Positions 17,074 through 25,334 of a stretch of DNA of 31,255 nt are shown here, piece by piece. The notes beneath the pieces were generated by a model that was given only the letters and a program-made list of their open reading frames with translations, was not told the DNA's origin and did no database searches. Source of the DNA: a virus (taxonomy: Duplodnaviria; Caudoviricetes); the IMG/VR virus record IMGVR_UViG_3300045947_000099, positions 1 to 31,255 of that record; one strand, 5' to 3'. The stretch's first letter is position 1, and every line of letters begins with the position of its first letter. A program made the position numbers and the translations under genes.

Positions 17074-17437
17074 CGATCGTCTTCTTCGGCTTCGCCGCGA
17101 TGACCACGGTCGGCTTCTGGACCACCGTGAGCGACAGGATCTCGCACGCGCGGAAGATCATCACCTGCTTGCCAGCGAGCGTGTCTCCCGATTCGTTGCG
17201 GATCCACTTCAAGGCATCGGTGGTGTCTTTGAAGGTCGGGATCGTGGGGATGGGCACCAAAGCTCCCTGTGGGAGCTTTTGCCCAGCCCCAATGATCTCG
17301 TAGATGCAGTAGTCGCCGCCCGCAGCTTCGAGCACACGTTTCCGTTGCCCGCGCGCCGGCACTTTCTTCTTTCCTTCGGAGGGGACGGGGATGGACTCGC
17401 CGGTCGGCGCGTCCAACGGTTCGGCTTGCTTGCTCAT
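17057..17437 (-). CDS. Hypothetical protein (126 aa)
   Basis: ATG 17437 in an ATGA overlap with the upstream gene. Confidence 0.65.
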   Translation of the reverse strand: MSKQAEPLDAPTGESIPVPSEGKKKVPARGQRKRVLEAAGGDYCIYEIIGAGQKLPQGALVPIPTIPTFKDTTDALKWIRNESGDTLAGKQVMIFRACEILSLTVVQKPTVVIAAKPKKTIDAKAT

Positions 17438-17931
17438 TCGGCCGCCCACTGTATCTCCGATTCATCGAACTTCAATGCACGAAGTTCGCTCTTCGTCCAG
17501 GTCTTCGGATGCTCCTGGCTCCATGGCGCAGAGACCGGGCAGGGCTGTTGCGGCCGTTCCGGGTAGAGCTCTGTGTCCCATTGCAGTGTGCACCTCTTGC
17601 AGAACACGTAGCGTCTCGGCCTTCCAGGCCGCATGTGATTGAAGAGATCATGTCCCTTCGTTGTGTGCGAGCGGAGAGCCACGCGCGGCTCCAGGTCCAC
17701 CTCGCAGCTCTTCCGTGGTCGCCCCCTCTTGGGATACTGCTCCAGACGTTCCTTGACCCACTGCTTGTCAGGGGTGCTCTCTGCCCACCAGTCCGCGAGA
17801 AGAGCGATCATCACCTGGAAGCCGATCGCGTTCGGCTTGTAGAGGTGCATCGCTCCGATCTGTTCCTTCAGCTTCACGATGCGTTCATGAAGTTGGCTGT
17901 TGAAGTGGACCCCTGTGGTGGAGACAGCCAT
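17434..17931 (-). CDS. Putative DNA-binding protein: RHH-like N-terminus, AT-hook-like KRGRPRK, His/Cys C-terminal domain
   Basis: MAVSTTGVHFNSQLHERI...; PKRGRPRK; GHDL...CKRC...CP; ATG 17931 preceded by GAGGTG. Confidence 0.55.
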   Translation of the reverse strand: MAVSTTGVHFNSQLHERIVKLKEQIGAMHLYKPNAIGFQVMIALLADWWAESTPDKQWVKERLEQYPKRGRPRKSCEVDLEPRVALRSHTTKGHDLFNHMRPGRPRRYVFCKRCTLQWDTELYPERPQQPCPVSAPWSQEHPKTWTKSELRALKFDESEIQWAAE

Positions 17932-17933
17932 GG

Positions 17934-18176
17934 TCACCTCGTCCACGACGGTCGGCCTTTCCCTGGGTGTAGGCCGAACAGGTCTCGGAGCTCGCTGCCA
18001 CCCGGCGGCTTCTGCAACCAGTGGTTGAACAGCACGACCAGGAACACCTCTGGCGAGCTCCATCCCTTCAGGAAGACTCCCAACTCGTCCAGCCGCTCCA
18101 TCTCGTAGGTCATCTCCTTCCACAAGCTGTCGCTGACCTGGATCGTCCGGAGACCTTCGCGTCGGGGAGGAAGCAT
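17934..18176 (-). CDS. Putative RHH-like DNA-binding protein (80 aa), first gene of the leftward arm
   Basis: LRTIQVSDSLWKEM strand-helix pattern; similar to the N-terminal half of the downstream gene. Confidence 0.55.
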   Translation of the reverse strand: MLPPRREGLRTIQVSDSLWKEMTYEMERLDELGVFLKGWSSPEVFLVVLFNHWLQKPPGGSELRDLFGLHPGKGRPSWTR

Positions 18177-18182
18177 GCCCGA

Positions 18183-18211
18183 GATCTACCACAATCGGTA
18201 GCACAGTGCAA
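18183..18211 (-). promoter_or_regulatory. Candidate sigma70-type leftward promoter giving a leaderless transcript
   Basis: Minus strand TTGCAC-N17-TAGATC with an extended TGn before the -10; the -10 ends 6 nt before ATG 18176. Confidence 0.5.
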
Positions 18212-18290
18212 TGTTTAGTCCCATTAGCTTACAGCGCCTTCGCGTGCGTGGGTGAGTGCGTGCCGCGTTTGCGCGCCCCCACTCCCCCTA

Positions 18291-18310
18291 CACACACACA
18301 CACACACACA
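18291..18310. repeat. (CA)10 dinucleotide microsatellite
   Basis: cacacacacacacacacaca read directly in the divergent intergenic region. Confidence 0.95.
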
Positions 18311-18753
18311 ATAGCACTGAATACAGACATATAGAATGATTGGACTATGGGATTGATTGCGTTGAGGGGTATCAGGTTTTCGGGGAAAAGTTGGGAAATC
18401 CTCCAGAGGTGAGAGGGTGCCTCATTCACCCCGGCAACGCCGAGGGACCCGCCCCGTCCGGGTCTCGCACCCGCCGCAACACCCGATGTCATCGACACTT
18501 GCGCGCGCGATCGCGCGGAGAGAACGGACGCACGCAGCTCGGGGAGACGAGCTCGCAGCATCGCCTTGCTTCAGCATGCCAGGGGACACGGCACGCCGTA
18601 TCCCTTCCGAACTGCCGTCCGTCACTTCCGACAACCAGCTCTCCGGCCACTCCACTCTCGCCCCTCACCTATGCGTTCTCTCTCTGATCCGATCACCATG
18701 CCACCACTAGATCCACTGCACCTATCTTGTCCCGCCCGTCACTTAGCCTGAGC

Positions 18754-18765
18754 TTGTGGTATCAT
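18754..18765 (+). promoter_or_regulatory. Candidate extended -10 rightward promoter
   Basis: TTGTGGTATCAT (TGn-TATCAT) about 65 nt upstream of ATG 18829; shares TTGTGGTA with the leftward candidate promoter. Confidence 0.45.
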
Positions 18766-18828
18766 CCTAGTCTAGTTCTGTTCGTTCTTTCACTGACACT
18801 CACCCTCAACACTCACGAGGCTTCACTT

Positions 18829-19371
18829 ATGGCACGCTCGATAGTTCTCCGCTTCGATGCAACTTGCTTCGACTGTGGCCGATCACTCTCCGCTGGCACC
18901 ACGGCCCGATGGTTCGGCCGCGGTCGCGTCTCATGCTGCGGGCAAGCTCCCGCCGCTTCACCCGCCCCGAGCCCGAGCTCGGAGCTCAGTCTCCCGCCCG
19001 GCTTGCGGAACCCGCGGCACTCGCCGGGCGGTATCCCGCTCTCGTCTCTGATCCCGCCCGGTGCACCCGCGCGCTACGTCGATGCCGCGACTGGCAAGCC
19101 AGTCGCGCCGAGCTCCAACGGCACGGCGTCCGAGCCAGCACCCGACAGCGAGCTCGGTCGCGCCCTTTCCATTGGCCTGAGCTCGCAGCAAGCCGGCCAG
19201 CTTGGCATCGCGTTCCCGATGGTTCGCCTTGTCGTGCGGCTCCACAGTGGCGCACGCTTCATCGTGCGTGCCGAGCACGTGGTGCACTTGTGCGCGTGCA
19301 TCTCCGAGAGCATGCGTGACAAGGTGCGCGACGTGATGCGTGCCGCCCCGAGCTCAGGTGCCACGGACTAA
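18829..19371 (+). CDS. Early hypothetical protein with N-terminal Cys motif
   Basis: MARSIVLRFDATCFDCGRSLSAG...W...CC, Pro-rich linker, C-terminal domain; first gene of the rightward arm. Confidence 0.6.
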   Translation: MARSIVLRFDATCFDCGRSLSAGTTARWFGRGRVSCCGQAPAASPAPSPSSELSLPPGLRNPRHSPGGIPLSSLIPPGAPARYVDAATGKPVAPSSNGTASEPAPDSELGRALSIGLSSQQAGQLGIAFPMVRLVVRLHSGARFIVRAEHVVHLCACISESMRDKVRDVMRAAPSSGATD

Positions 19372-19376
19372 CGACC

Positions 19377-19441
19377 GTGGTCCGGGCCTCGTGCACTTCG
19401 CACACAAGCCCGCTGACGATGGCCCAGGGGGCCGAAACCAC
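19377..19441 (+). ncRNA. Type III hammerhead ribozyme
   Basis: Stem III GUGGU(19377-81)/ACCAC(19437-41); cleavage triplet GUC (C19382); stem I CGGGC(19383-87)/GCCCG(19408-12) with distal GUGC/GCAC; core CUGACGA(19413-19); extra U; stem II GGCCC/GGGCC; GAAA(19434-37). Entirely intergenic. Confidence 0.9.
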
Positions 19442-19462
19442 AAAGACACGGACACTCACCCG

Positions 19463-20548
19463 ATGGCACACTTTTGGGAAAGCGGTTTCGTAGTGCGCGA
19501 GCAAGCATGGCACGGCCTCGCCACTGTTCTCGACAAGGCCCCGACGACTGCGGAAGCTCTCCGACAGTCGCAACTAGACTGGCACGTCAACTTGACGCCA
19601 GTGTTCGCGATGCCGGGCATGGCCCCCGAGCTCGCGGAAAAGAACGGCATCGCAGCCGCTCCGCTCTCCGATGCGCTCTACTGCGATGAAGCTCGCGCGA
19701 TGGTCCGCGAGATCCACCAAAAGGACGGAACCCTGCGTTCCGACGTGTTGGGCATGGTCGGCACGCGATACTGCCCGCTTCAGAACACCGACGCTTTCCG
19801 TTGGTTCGATCCCTTGTGCGCCGATGGCTCAGTGGAGCTCGAAAGCGCGGGCTCAGTGAAGGGCGGTCGCCACGTTTGGATCCTGGCACGCATCGCCACG
19901 AAGCCGCTACAGGTCGGACGCAAGCCGGAAGACGTGGCAACGCCCTACTTGCTGCTGTCGAACTCGCACGATGGCTCGCGCGCAGTGACGGTCGCGTTCA
20001 CCCCCATTCGCGTTGTGTGTTGGAACACACTGTCCGCAGCCAACCGACAAGCGGACAAGCGTGGAGCCAGCTCGCGCAAGGTGCGGCACACTTCGGCCGC
20101 AGCCAACACGCTCGCGGGTGTCCGCGAGACGATTAGCCTAGAGGCCCGGAACTTCGAAGCTAAGGCCCTACTGTGGCGCGAGCTCGCAAAGACAGATCTG
20201 GCTCGCCCCTACAGCCAAGAGCTCGCGCGGCAAGTCGCGCGTTACGCTCGCATCGTGTTCGGCTCGCCGGCCACGGTCGCGAAACACAAGGCAGAAGGCA
20301 CGCTTGCGGAGCTTCCGGAAGTGCGCGCAGAGTCGCACCTATGGGAGCTCGTGCACAAGGGGCCAGGGGCCGATTCCGCGGGTGTCTCGCCGTTCGGCCT
20401 CTACATGGCTGCGACGCACTACAGCGACCACTTCAACGGACACACTGCCGAGACGCGACTGGCTTCGACGTGGTTCGGTGCAGGTGCGCAAGTGCGCGAG
20501 CGTGCCGAAGCTGAAGCCCTTGAGCTCGCGGGCATGGGGGCGGCATGA
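19463..20548 (+). CDS. DUF932 (TIGR03299-like) phage/plasmid protein
   Basis: REQAWHGLA, LDWHV, LGMVGTRYCPLQNTDAF, ESAGSVKGGRHVW, YLLLSNSHDGS, TPIRVVCWNTL, VRHT; start re-called at ATG 19463. Confidence 0.9.
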   Translation: MAHFWESGFVVREQAWHGLATVLDKAPTTAEALRQSQLDWHVNLTPVFAMPGMAPELAEKNGIAAAPLSDALYCDEARAMVREIHQKDGTLRSDVLGMVGTRYCPLQNTDAFRWFDPLCADGSVELESAGSVKGGRHVWILARIATKPLQVGRKPEDVATPYLLLSNSHDGSRAVTVAFTPIRVVCWNTLSAANRQADKRGASSRKVRHTSAAANTLAGVRETISLEARNFEAKALLWRELAKTDLARPYSQELARQVARYARIVFGSPATVAKHKAEGTLAELPEVRAESHLWELVHKGPGADSAGVSPFGLYMAATHYSDHFNGHTAETRLASTWFGAGAQVRERAEAEALELAGMGAA

Positions 20549-20883
20549 GCCGCCCCGACACGCTTGCGGCTCGCGTGCGTGAGATCATCGATCACCTAGA
20601 CGCTCGCATCGAAGCCGCTACCTTCCAGGAAGGTGCGGACCGGCAACACTGCGTTGCCGTGGTCGGGTGTTACCACACTCTGGCCGGACGGTTGGAGCGT
20701 GACCTAGACGGCACGCTTTCCTTGTTCAACGAAGTTCGCGAGCTCGCGCGCCGCGTGCGTCAGCTCAAGCGCATCGTGCGTGACCACGCGATGATGGTAG
20801 AACGCGCGGGTGCACTCCTGCGGGCAGCCCGCAGGAGCGAAGTCGCTCGCGTCATCAAACAAGCGCAAAGGGGGACCCGGTGA
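20545..20883 (+). CDS. Hypothetical protein (112 aa)
   Basis: ATGA overlap with DUF932; helical. Confidence 0.6.
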   Translation: MSRPDTLAARVREIIDHLDARIEAATFQEGADRQHCVAVVGCYHTLAGRLERDLDGTLSLFNEVRELARRVRQLKRIVRDHAMMVERAGALLRAARRSEVARVIKQAQRGTR

Positions 20884-21140
20884 GCCGGGTTCTCCCCTTG
20901 CCGTTCCACGTGTTCGACCAGCTCAACACGTTGCGAGCTCGCACGAGCTCCGCGGAGAACGCGCTACACGTGGTCGCGCTCTTCGATGATGGGGCGCACG
21001 TGCGAGCCTATCCGCAGGGCATGCCCGCGGTAACGCTCTGGACGAAGGGAGCCGAGCTCCCGTGTTCGCTCGCACAAGCGTGCGCGACTGTGGTCCGCCG
21101 GCTCGCGGAGCACAAGCTCAGGGAGAAGCGCGGCGGGTGA
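20880..21140 (+). CDS. Hypothetical protein (86 aa)
   Basis: GTGA overlap with the upstream gene. Confidence 0.55.
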   Translation: MSRVLPLPFHVFDQLNTLRARTSSAENALHVVALFDDGAHVRAYPQGMPAVTLWTKGAELPCSLAQACATVVRRLAEHKLREKRGG

Positions 21141-21281
21141 CCCCCGCCGGCTGTCCCGCCGCCGGGGACGCCCATGTTCCACGGGGACCGCGAGAGATCG
21201 CGTCGCGAGAGATCCGCTTCCCTTTCGCGGAAACGGTGCTACCCTGCATGCGCACGTATCCGCGTGTCATAGGTGTGCTGC

Positions 21282-21320
21282 GCCCCGGCTTGTCGTGAGT
21301 GTCAAGCCGGGGCTTTTTCT
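21282..21320 (+). terminator. Intrinsic terminator
   Basis: 11-bp stem GCCCCGGCTTG/CAAGCCGGGGC, 10-nt loop TCGTGAGTGT, followed by TTTTTCTT. Confidence 0.85.
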
Positions 21321-21331
21321 TGTCACGAGGC

Positions 21332-21360
21332 TTGCCGGTCTTCGATCATCTCGGTATGCT
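21332..21360 (+). promoter_or_regulatory. Candidate sigma70-type promoter for the replication operon
   Basis: TTGCCG-N17-TATGCT immediately after the terminator and about 30 nt before ATG 21392. Confidence 0.65.
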
Positions 21361-21391
21361 GATCGATGTTCAAGCAGGGGACACACTCACC

Positions 21392-21562
21392 ATGAACGCC
21401 GTTGCCCGTTACTGCGATCTCTTCAAGAAGAGCGGGAAGACTCCAGCCGCCTTCGCGCGCTTTGCACTGGCTCACTACTACGAGCTGTGCCACGACGTGC
21501 TCAACCTCATCGGCTGCTGGCCCAGTTCCGAGCCCGAGCTCGCTGCACTGCAACGCGCATGA
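21392..21562 (+). CDS. Hypothetical protein (56 aa)
   Basis: ATG downstream of the candidate promoter; stop coupled (ATGA) to the next gene. Confidence 0.5.
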   Translation: MNAVARYCDLFKKSGKTPAAFARFALAHYYELCHDVLNLIGCWPSSEPELAALQRA

Positions 21563-21867
21563 ATGCTCTCCCCGATCTGTCGCGCACTGAGGCTGCGATT
21601 GCAGCCTACGACGCGCATGACATCACCTACATGGCGGCCTTGGCTGCCGACACTGGCCGACGTTCCTGCACGATCCTCGATGAATGGTATAAGAAGAGCG
21701 ATCTTCTCGCGTTCAAGGTTGGAGAAGCCTACGGCCTGGACACGAAGGATCGCAACAACCCGAAGGACTGTGCTGATCTCATCAGGCCAGGGCCAGCAAC
21801 ACCAACCGATGGTAGTGAGCTGAGCTTTGTGCGTCGCATGGTTGCACTGTGGAAGGCACAGCGATGA
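21559..21867 (+). CDS. Hypothetical protein (102 aa)
   Basis: ATGA overlaps at both ends. Confidence 0.6.
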   Translation: MNALPDLSRTEAAIAAYDAHDITYMAALAADTGRRSCTILDEWYKKSDLLAFKVGEAYGLDTKDRNNPKDCADLIRPGPATPTDGSELSFVRRMVALWKAQR

Positions 21868-22043
21868 AGCGCATTCCGGCTTGGGTCAAAGCTGCCGAGT
21901 GGATCTTCCAGCAGTGGAATCTCCAGGAGACTGAGCGCAGGCAGAACGGGCAGGGTGCCGTGGAAATAGGAGTGGAAGCCTTGCGCGATCTTCGCAAAGC
22001 CTACCTGAGCTGGTATAGGAAGTGGCTGAAGGATAATCGATGA
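21864..22043 (+). CDS. Hypothetical protein (59 aa)
   Basis: ATGA overlaps at both ends. Confidence 0.55.
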   Translation: MKRIPAWVKAAEWIFQQWNLQETERRQNGQGAVEIGVEALRDLRKAYLSWYRKWLKDNR

Positions 22044-23863
22044 TCCTCGAAGTTGACTACGACCCCGACTCAACGCGCTTTCTGATCCGCGTCCCTGGCA
22101 AGATGATCGTTCCTGCGATCAACGAATGGCCAGGGTGGAAGCGCAATCCTAGCGGCACCTACTACGCTCCAGCCTGGGCTAGCTGCGTCCTGCTGCCAAG
22201 CAAGGAACGGGCAACAGAGGTGCGATGGACTGCGAGCGCGAGTCGCAAGCGCGATCTCCTCTTGGCCAACATGGGCTTCGCGAGAGACTCGCTGACGAAG
22301 GGAGCTCAATCGATGAAGCCAACCGGCTGCCCTACGGAGAGGAAGCCACGCCCCTACCAGCTAGCCGGCGTCGAAGCGATGCGAGCGATGGACTGGCGCG
22401 TGCTGCTCGAAGATGAGATGGGCCTTGGGAAGACCAGCACTGCGCTGTGGGCCTTGCACGACAGCCACGTGGCTCGTTGCATCGTGCTTTGTCCTGTCAG
22501 TGCGAAATACAACTGGGAGAACGAGTTCAAGGAGACGCTTGGAGCTCAGTGGCCCAGTGTGTTCGTGATCGACGGCACGCCGAAGCAACGCGCCAACCAG
22601 TTCGCTGAAGTGAAGGAAGCGTGCAACGACAGCAAGGACCCTGCACACGTTGCGATCATCATCAACTACGACCTGCTGCGTTACTTGACCACAGAGCAGT
22701 GGATCTACCTGAAGAACTTCGTGGGAGCAGGGATGCTGCTGTGTGACGAGTCCCACTACGTGAAGGATCGCAACGCAGAACGAACCAAGCTCACTCTGGA
22801 GCTCAGTTGGGCCGCTCGCTTCGCCACGTGCATCTCAGGGACGCCGATCCGCAACATGGCTGACGACCTGTTCACTCAGGTCGAGATCATCAGACCGGGC
22901 ACGTGGAGCTCCTACTGGGATTTCGCCAAGCGGCACCTGACGATCCAGCTCGTGAAGTTCGGCAAGCGTGAGGTGAGGAAGATCGTGGGGTCGAAGAACA
23001 TCGATCAACTCAACGCGATCGTCAACACCTTCGCGATCAAGCGACTCAAGAAGGATGTCGGGGATCTCCCTCCGAAGGTCCACACTTACCCCGAGCTGGA
23101 GCTCGAAGGCGACATGCTCTCCTTCTACAAGAAGATGAAGGAGTTCGCGAAGATCGAGCTCGCGAAGCTCATCGATGATGCTGCATGGCCCACGCACGCA
23201 GCGCAGATTACCATTTGGGACCCGCGAGCCAAGACCGCAGTGGAGGCTGCGCTGCGCTGCGAGCAGATCGCGCAGGGCTTTGTCGGTGGGATCCCTGAGC
23301 CCTTGATGGAGAAGCTCGGCGACTCGCTGAAGCTAGCGGAGAAGATCAAGGGGCGGCCCAATGAGCTCATGCTGCCTAGCTCCCCGAAGATCGTGTGGCT
23401 CATCGAGACCATCGCTCAGGTGCTCAAGCAAGGCGGGGCTCCGATCATCCTGTCCCGCTTCAACGCGCCGATGTTCTGGCTGGAGATGAAGTTCGCAAGC
23501 CTGGGCGTGAAGAGCCGCGTGCTGCACGGCGACCTGAGCGCAGCAGAGAAGCACCTGTTTGTCACCGACTTCCAAGGCGGCCAGTTCGACGTGCTTCTGT
23601 GTCAGGTGAAGATCGCGGAGAGCTGGAACGCGACGCGATGCCAGGATGTGATCTTCCTCACGCGCGACTGGTCCCCTGCGATGAACTCGCAAGGCGAAGA
23701 TCGAGCGCATCGCTTCGGGCAGAAGGGCACGGTCAACGTGCAGATCCCGATCGTGCGCAACACGATCGAGCGACTGATTCACAAGAAGCTGTTGGCGAAG
23801 GGCGTGGACGCAGAGCAGGCTCTTCGAACAGTGACGATCGCTGAACTCATGGAGAACCTCTAA
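22040..23863 (+). CDS. SNF2-family (SF2) helicase/ATPase
   Basis: RPYQ, LEDEMGLGKT, VLCPVS, LCDESH, SGTPIRN, DWSP...QGEDRAHRFGQ. Confidence 0.92.
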   Translation: MILEVDYDPDSTRFLIRVPGKMIVPAINEWPGWKRNPSGTYYAPAWASCVLLPSKERATEVRWTASASRKRDLLLANMGFARDSLTKGAQSMKPTGCPTERKPRPYQLAGVEAMRAMDWRVLLEDEMGLGKTSTALWALHDSHVARCIVLCPVSAKYNWENEFKETLGAQWPSVFVIDGTPKQRANQFAEVKEACNDSKDPAHVAIIINYDLLRYLTTEQWIYLKNFVGAGMLLCDESHYVKDRNAERTKLTLELSWAARFATCISGTPIRNMADDLFTQVEIIRPGTWSSYWDFAKRHLTIQLVKFGKREVRKIVGSKNIDQLNAIVNTFAIKRLKKDVGDLPPKVHTYPELELEGDMLSFYKKMKEFAKIELAKLIDDAAWPTHAAQITIWDPRAKTAVEAALRCEQIAQGFVGGIPEPLMEKLGDSLKLAEKIKGRPNELMLPSSPKIVWLIETIAQVLKQGGAPIILSRFNAPMFWLEMKFASLGVKSRVLHGDLSAAEKHLFVTDFQGGQFDVLLCQVKIAESWNATRCQDVIFLTRDWSPAMNSQGEDRAHRFGQKGTVNVQIPIVRNTIERLIHKKLLAKGVDAEQALRTVTIAELMENL

Positions 23864-24174
23864 TGGGCTGGAACTACGCACGTGCCATCCGTCTCGTTCG
23901 AGCATCGCTGAACATCACGCAGGCCGAGCTCGGCCGCAGGTGTGGTGTGCACGATAGCGCGGTGAGTCGCTACGAGTCGCACTCCCGCAACCCGACGATC
24001 GAGAAGCTCCCGTTGATCTTCGAAGCCTTGGGCTGCACCCCCCAGGAGATGATCGCACTGGCGGAAGACTGGGAAGCCACCAGCCCTACCGCTGACGAGC
24101 GAGCTCGGCTAATCTGCCGGGTCTTGCTGCGGCCCGACGCTGCTACCCCTGTGAACAACGAAGATGGATCTTAG
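23863..24174 (+). CDS. XRE-family HTH transcriptional regulator
   Basis: IRLVRASLNITQAELGRRCGVHDSAVSRYESHSRNPTIEKL. Confidence 0.85.
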   Translation: MGWNYARAIRLVRASLNITQAELGRRCGVHDSAVSRYESHSRNPTIEKLPLIFEALGCTPQEMIALAEDWEATSPTADERARLICRVLLRPDAATPVNNEDGS

Positions 24175-24502
24175 AGCACGCATCAAGAAGTGGTTCGCGC
24201 ACGAATACGAGCGTGACCGATTCCGCTGGAGCATGGGAGAGATCAAGGATCACAACGCTTCGATGATCGCGACGATCCAGTTCTTCGCGCAGGGCGTGAT
24301 CGAGCGAGGGGTCACGGATCACGGTTATCTGTTTCAGATGATCGAGCTCCACGAGAAGCTCAAGAAGATGATGACCGTGGCGCAATCGTTCCCGAACTAC
24401 GAGAACGACTGGCCCTACAAGTGGGCTCTCATAATGGGCACTCTCGCAGAGGTAGCTCTGGTCGCCGTGCGGGACATCACTGGGGAGATGGCGAAGGAAT
24501 GA
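24164..24502 (+). CDS. Hypothetical protein (112 aa)
   Basis: Packed in the operon; typical codon usage. Confidence 0.6.
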   Translation: MDLRARIKKWFAHEYERDRFRWSMGEIKDHNASMIATIQFFAQGVIERGVTDHGYLFQMIELHEKLKKMMTVAQSFPNYENDWPYKWALIMGTLAEVALVAVRDITGEMAKE

Positions 24503-24798
24503 GCCTCAAGAAGAAGCTCACCGATGCGGCGACCGCAGCAGCGATCGAGGCCACGACCAACGAGCGAGCTCGTTGTCTCTGGTGCATCGATCAAGTAGTC
24601 AAGGAACTGGAGTCGAAGCTGCGCACCAAGCTGATGAGTGAGCAGCAGCTCCACATCGCTCGCACCAAGTTTCAGATCGCTCAGAGCATGGCAACACACA
24701 TGCGCCGAGTGATCGCCAGCGGTGTCCGACCGCAGGGCGGTCCTGGAGGGACCAAGGACACCGCTGGCCTTTTACCTACGGACACAGGCGATGGCTAG
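24499..24798 (+). CDS. Hypothetical protein (99 aa)
   Basis: ATG 24499 in an ATGA overlap. Confidence 0.6.
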   Translation: MSLKKKLTDAATAAAIEATTNERARCLWCIDQVVKELESKLRTKLMSEQQLHIARTKFQIAQSMATHMRRVIASGVRPQGGPGGTKDTAGLLPTDTGDG

Positions 24799-25075
24799 CT
24801 TCGACGGGGAGACGTTCGACGACTCACGCGATAGCGATCGGCTGCACCGGCAGCTAGCCAGGGTCTTCGAGCTGATGAGCGACAACAAGTGGCGCACGCT
24901 TGGAGACATCGAGGAAGCTCTGAGCATCCCGCAGGCGAGCATCAGCGCACGCTTGCGTGACTTCCGCAAATCGAAGTTCGGCGGCCACACAGTGGAGCGG
25001 CAACACATGGTGCGTGGCCTGTGGCGTTATCGGCTCACGCTACGCGCGAAGAGCGAAGTAAACTGGACACTCTGA
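24791..25075 (+). CDS. Winged-helix DNA-binding phage protein
   Basis: FDGETF...DRL...WRTLGDI...PQASISARLRDFRKSKFGGHTVER...GLWRYRL helix-turn-helix plus wing. Confidence 0.7.
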   Translation: MASFDGETFDDSRDSDRLHRQLARVFELMSDNKWRTLGDIEEALSIPQASISARLRDFRKSKFGGHTVERQHMVRGLWRYRLTLRAKSEVNWTL

Positions 25076-25329
25076 TGCCTGAAGCACCTTGGACGGACAC
25101 GACCAGAATCGGCTGGGGCAAGCACAAGGGCAAGCAGCTCAAGGAGATCCCTGCGTCCTACCTGCTCTGGCTGTTCGAGCAGGCTTGGATCAAGGACTAC
25201 CCTGGGCTCCATGCCTACCTCAAGAAGAACGAAGATCTCTTGATGCAGGAGAAGAGCGAAGATACAACCTTCACGTCGGAGGATGGCTTCGAGTCCTACG
25301 ATGACTACAAGAACTACCGAGGAAACTGA
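25075..25329 (+). CDS. DUF3820-like small protein
   Basis: IGWGKHKGKQLKEIPASYLLWL matches the MPFGKYKG...P..YL.W motif. Confidence 0.75.
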   Translation: MPEAPWTDTTRIGWGKHKGKQLKEIPASYLLWLFEQAWIKDYPGLHAYLKKNEDLLMQEKSEDTTFTSEDGFESYDDYKNYRGN

Positions 25330-25334
25330 ACACC

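Noticed and set aside
18229-18828. ORFs called in the divergent region (18229-18561, 18340-18687, 18417-18710 and the 5' extension from 18727)
   Set aside because: Low-complexity translations (VCVCVC from the CA repeat), atypical composition and mutual overlaps; better explained as non-coding control DNA.
24090-24660. Other CTGANGA cores (24092, 24631; also 2786, 13911, 22292) as further hammerheads
   Set aside because: No stem II followed by GAAA and no matching stems I and III; all lie within coding sequence.
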